Below, piece by piece: positions 58,430-64,000 of a stretch of 64,000 bases of DNA. A model generated the notes under the pieces. It searched no databases and was not told the DNA's origin. It worked only from the letters and a program-made list of their open reading frames with translations. The stretch's first letter is position 1. Every line of letters starts with the position of its first letter. Both the position numbers and the translations under genes were made by a program. Source of the stretch: Fidelibacterota bacterium. Lineage in GTDB: Bacteria > Fidelibacterota > UBA2242. The DNA lies in NCBI GenBank assembly GCA_049975265.1, contig JBNGDF010000002.1, forward strand, positions 21,528-85,527. The letters run 5' to 3'.

Positions 58430-59108
58430 CAACGAACCGATAATGACCGTCAATAAGCTGTCAAAATCTTACCACAACGATGGAATCGAAGTGCCGGTAT
58501 TTCAGGACATCTCCTTTTCGGTAAATTCCGGCGAGGTCATCGCCGTCATGGGACCATCCGGGATCGGCAAATCCACCCTGTTAAACATTATCGGTACCCT
58601 GGATTATCCCGATAGCGGCGAAATCCGCTACGGTGATACCAACCCCTTCCGGCTGCCCGACAGGGATATTGCCAAATTCCGCAATAAGACCATCGGCTTT
58701 GTCTTCCAGTTTCATCATCTTCTGCCCGAATTTACCGCTCTGGAAAATGTCATGATTCCATCGATTATTTATCAGTATGAACCCGATCGGGCACGTGAAA
58801 AAGCCATCACCATACTCGAACATGTCGGTCTCGGTCAGCGCATCCATCACCGTCCATCCGCCCTGTCCGGCGGCGAACGTCAGCGGGTTGCCGTGGCACG
58901 GGCTCTGATCAATGAACCGCTGGTGGTCTTAGCCGATGAACCTTCCGGTAATCTGGATTCCCGGAACAGTGACCTTCTGATCGATCTGATTCTCCGCCTG
59001 AATGATACGGAAGGGCGCACCTTCGTCATCGCCACCCACAACAGCGCCATTGCCGCCCGTTCACACAGAGTGTTGATCCTTGAAAATGGAACCGCTCACT
59101 TTCAATAA
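58419..59108 (+). CDS. lolD: LolD-family ABC ATP-binding protein
   Basis: GPSGIGKST, FVFQFHHLLPEFTALENV, LSGGERQR, LADEPSGNLD. Confidence 0.88.
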   Translation: MKNSNEPIMTVNKLSKSYHNDGIEVPVFQDISFSVNSGEVIAVMGPSGIGKSTLLNIIGTLDYPDSGEIRYGDTNPFRLPDRDIAKFRNKTIGFVFQFHHLLPEFTALENVMIPSIIYQYEPDRAREKAITILEHVGLGQRIHHRPSALSGGERQRVAVARALINEPLVVLADEPSGNLDSRNSDLLIDLILRLNDTEGRTFVIATHNSAIAARSHRVLILENGTAHFQ

Positions 59109-59116
59109 AAGTTTAA

Positions 59117-59145
59117 TTGACTTGGAGAGTTACAGATGATATATT
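59117..59145 (+). promoter_or_regulatory. Sigma70-type promoter for clpC
   Basis: TTGACT-17 bp-TATTCT. Confidence 0.6.
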
Positions 59146-59168
59146 CTATGTAGGTACTGACAGAAAAG

Positions 59169-61625
59169 ATGAAAGAACAATTCTCGAAACTGATTCAGCA
59201 GATTATCAAAGAAGCCCGCAACCAGGCTGTCCGGCTGGGACATAACCACGTGGACTCAGAACATCTTCTGCTGGCTATCCTGAAAAAAGACAGCCGTCTG
59301 ACGGATATTCTGATCAATTTTGAAATCGACATCGATGAACTCATAAAAAGTGTCGAAGATGCGACCCCTGCCAGCGATGAAATTATCCAACTGGGTCGCG
59401 TACCCCTGACCAAACGGGCTGAACAGATTCTTCGCAATACCTTCCAGGAGGCTCAGCGGATCGGCTCAACCGAGGTGAATGAAATCCACCTTTTTCTGGC
59501 AATTCTCAAACAGCAGGACGGCGTCGCTTACAAAGTGTTGAACTCCTTCGGGATAGAGTATTTTAACTTTATGGACGAAATCGGCGAATCCGATCCCGGC
59601 AATATTCCATTAAAAAATATGTCAAGAAAGAGTAAAAACAGCAAGACACCGGCACTGGATCACTTCTCCAGGGATATCACGGAAAAAGCCCGTAACAATC
59701 AACTGGATCCGGTAATTGGGCGGGAAAATGAAATCGAACGGGTCGCACAGATCTTATCCCGCCGTAAAAAAAACAACCCGGTCCTGATCGGCGAACCGGG
59801 CGTCGGGAAAACCGCCATTGTGGAGGGATTGGCGATCCGCATTGTCCAGAAAAAAGTGCCCCGTCTGCTTTATAACAAACGCATTATCGACCTCGACCTG
59901 GCGGCAATTGTCGCCGGAACCAAATATCGCGGTCAATTTGAAGAGCGTATGAAAACCATCATGCAGGAGCTGGAACAGGTAGACGATATCATCCTTTTTA
60001 TTGATGAATTACATACCATTGTCGGAGCCGGCGGAGCATCGGGCTCACTGGACGCTTCCAATATGTTCAAACCGGCATTAGCCCGCGGCGATCTCCAGTG
60101 CATCGGCGCCACCACACTTGACGAATACCGCAAAGTCATCGAAAAAGACGGCGCTCTGGAACGTCGCTTTCAGAAAATCATCGTCAATCCACCTCTTAAA
60201 AATGAGACACTGGATATCCTGCGCGGACTCCAGGAGCGCTATGAAGACCACCATCGCGTCAAATACACCAATGGGGCGCTCATCGCAGCGGTCGACCTGA
60301 GCGATCGCTACATTACCGATAAATATCTTCCGGATAAAGCCATTGATGTCGTCGATGAAGCCGGTTCCCGGGTCCACTTACGAAATATCAATATCCCCAC
60401 CTATATTACCGATATGGAAGAGAAAGCCGACCGAACCCGACTTGAAAAGGAGTCTGCTGTCCGGGAACAGATGTTTGAAAAAGCGGCGGATTTGCGCGAT
60501 CGGGAACGAAAAATCCGGCAGCAGATCAAAGAGGAATTCGATCGGTGGGAGAAAAAAACTGCCAGCGAAACCATCCCGGTTACCGAAGAGGACATCGCCG
60601 ATGTCGTGGCAATGATGACCGGCATCCCGGTCAACCGGATCGCCGAATCGGAGAACCGGAAACTGCTTGACATGGAAACCGAATTGAAAAAACGGATCAT
60701 CGGGCAGGACGAAGCGATCCATCTGGTTTCCAGTGCCATCCGCCGGGCACGAGCCGGGATCAAAGACCCGAAACGCCCAATCGGCAGTTTTCTTTTCATG
60801 GGACCAACCGGCGTTGGCAAAACCGAAATGGCGAAGGTCATCGCCAATTTTCTGTTTGAAGGAAAAGACTCCCTGATCAAAATCGATATGTCCGAATACA
60901 TGGAAAAATTTGCCGTATCACGTCTGATTGGCGCTCCTCCGGGCTATATCGGCTATGAAGAGGGCGGCGAACTGACTGAAAAAGTACGTCAGCACCCCTA
61001 CGCTGTCGTCCTTTTCGACGAAATTGAAAAAGCCCATGCCGATGTCTTTAACCTTCTCCTACAGATTTTCGATGACGGTGTTCTGACCGACAGTCTGGGA
61101 CGCAAAGTCGATTTTAAAAATACCATCATAATTATGACGACCAACATCGGAAGTCGTAATATTTTTACCGGAACATTCGGGTTCTCTCAGGCAGGTGTCA
61201 AAAGCGAATACAAAGCAATGAAAAAAAACATACTCGATGAAGCCCGCAAACTGTTCAACCCGGAATTCATGAACAGAATCGACGATCCCATCGTTTTTCG
61301 CCCCCTGTCCAAAGAAGATGTTCTGAAAATCATCGACCTGCAGCTTCGCGAAGTCCAGCAGAATCTGTCCCATACCAACACAGAGCTAAAATTCTGCAAA
61401 GGTGTCCAGGAATTTATTCTTGAAAAAGGTTTCAAGCCGGAATACGGTGCCCGCCCTCTGAGGCGCTCGATTCAAACATTAATTGAAGACCCGATCGCCG
61501 AAAAATTTCTCAATAAATCCCTCCACAAAGGCAACGTCATTAATATCCGGGTTCGCAAAGATCAACTCTCCTTTTCCCATCCCCGCACTCAGAAAAATAA
61601 ACACTCCATCGAACTAAACAGTTAG
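59169..61625 (+). CDS. clpC: ATP-dependent Clp protease ATP-binding subunit ClpC
   Basis: Two Clp-N repeats, [11 protein letters not shown]-like [25 protein letters not shown]. Confidence 0.93.
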   Translation: MKEQFSKLIQQIIKEARNQAVRLGHNHVDSEHLLLAILKKDSRLTDILINFEIDIDELIKSVEDATPASDEIIQLGRVPLTKRAEQILRNTFQEAQRIGSTEVNEIHLFLAILKQQDGVAYKVLNSFGIEYFNFMDEIGESDPGNIPLKNMSRKSKNSKTPALDHFSRDITEKARNNQLDPVIGRENEIERVAQILSRRKKNNPVLIGEPGVGKTAIVEGLAIRIVQKKVPRLLYNKRIIDLDLAAIVAGTKYRGQFEERMKTIMQELEQVDDIILFIDELHTIVGAGGASGSLDASNMFKPALARGDLQCIGATTLDEYRKVIEKDGALERRFQKIIVNPPLKNETLDILRGLQERYEDHHRVKYTNGALIAAVDLSDRYITDKYLPDKAIDVVDEAGSRVHLRNINIPTYITDMEEKADRTRLEKESAVREQMFEKAADLRDRERKIRQQIKEEFDRWEKKTASETIPVTEEDIADVVAMMTGIPVNRIAESENRKLLDMETELKKRIIGQDEAIHLVSSAIRRARAGIKDPKRPIGSFLFMGPTGVGKTEMAKVIANFLFEGKDSLIKIDMSEYMEKFAVSRLIGAPPGYIGYEEGGELTEKVRQHPYAVVLFDEIEKAHADVFNLLLQIFDDGVLTDSLGRKVDFKNTIIIMTTNIGSRNIFTGTFGFSQAGVKSEYKAMKKNILDEARKLFNPEFMNRIDDPIVFRPLSKEDVLKIIDLQLREVQQNLSHTNTELKFCKGVQEFILEKGFKPEYGARPLRRSIQTLIEDPIAEKFLNKSLHKGNVINIRVRKDQLSFSHPRTQKNKHSIELNS

Positions 61626-61766
61626 TCAGGGGATTCCGACATTTTTTCCGATTTATCTGCCTTGGCTTTAAATCCCAAAGGTTTATCGGTCGTATTGTCT
61701 TAGTCAATTGTTGGCATAACATTTGTCGCCTTTTATAGCGTCATAAAAAATGATAATTGAAATTGA

Positions 61767-63716
<1,950 letters not shown>

Positions 63717-63740
63717 ATCAAGATCCTCACTTCTACCAAA

Positions 63741-63766
63741 AAAGGGAACGCTGCAGCGTTCCCTTT
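63741..63766 (+). terminator. Intrinsic terminator after dnaK
   Basis: AAAGGGAACGCTGCAGCGTTCCCTTT perfect palindrome. Confidence 0.75.
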
Positions 63767-63846
63767 CTACTTTGCCGGTGGTTCAAAATCTGTTGGTTTT
63801 TATACAGAAAACCCTTACTTTTCAACGTTATTTTTGATCCGGAACT

Positions 63847-63919
63847 GGCGACGTACCCAAGTGGCTAAGGGAGCGGTCTGCAAAATCGCTATGCACCGGT
63901 TCGAATCCGGTCGTCGCCT
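63847..63919 (+). tRNA. tRNA-Cys (GCA)
   Basis: Acceptor GGCGACG/CGTCGCC, anticodon loop CTGCAAA, T-arm ACCGG-TTCGAAT-CCGGT; CCA not encoded. Confidence 0.95.
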
Positions 63920-63946
63920 CTACAGCGTTTATTGAATGAATGAGCA

Positions 63947-64000
63947 GCCGAAGTGGCGGAAATGCCTCACCGGAGGTCCCTTCGGGAGTAGACGAAAGGG
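63947..64000 (+). tRNA. 5' part of a tRNA-Leu-like gene with a 23-nt D-loop insertion (truncated by the window end)
   Basis: GCCGAAGTGGCGGAAATG [insert 63965-63987] GTAGACGAAAGGG matches the tRNA-Leu 5' half; it follows tRNA-Cys as in the common Cys-Leu order. The anticodon is not visible. Confidence 0.65.

Overview
Ordinary chromosomal DNA from an FCB-superphylum bacterium. It carries T9SS-type C-terminal sorting domains and PorU/PorV-like genes, but its TTGAC-17-TAnnnT promoters and Shine-Dalgarno sites argue against Bacteroidota. A Marinimicrobia/KSB1/Calditrichota-like lineage is inferred, not shown. I found no prophage, transposase, CRISPR array or rRNA. In order, the window holds: an aspartokinase-DUF39-UPF0280-DMT operon (archaeal-type homocysteine synthesis); a minus-strand run from an rnhB-YraN fusion through ggt, glycerate kinase, CYTH, yhaM, an ECF S-component and two outer-membrane proteins; an OPT transporter, PqqD-like protein and adenosine deaminase; a 1885-aa secreted multidomain protein facing a ROK regulator; dapB-dapA-dapD behind a structured, switch-like leader, followed by a split LKR/SDH saccharopine pathway; a cobalamin riboswitch ahead of a BtuB-like receptor and a BtuG-like protein with a T9SS-type tail; an archaeal-type GAPDH-like gene; tilS-hpt-ftsH-folP-cdaA-porU-like-porV-like; frameshifted prfB, lysS, lolCDE-like genes, clpC and dnaK; tRNA-Cys; and the 5' part of a tRNA-Leu with a 23-nt two-hairpin insertion in its D-loop. 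The best novelty candidates are the apparently non-lipidated, T9SS-tailed BtuG-like B12 scavenger, the dap leader RNA and the interrupted tRNA-Leu. All assignments come from motif recognition by eye; no searches were run.
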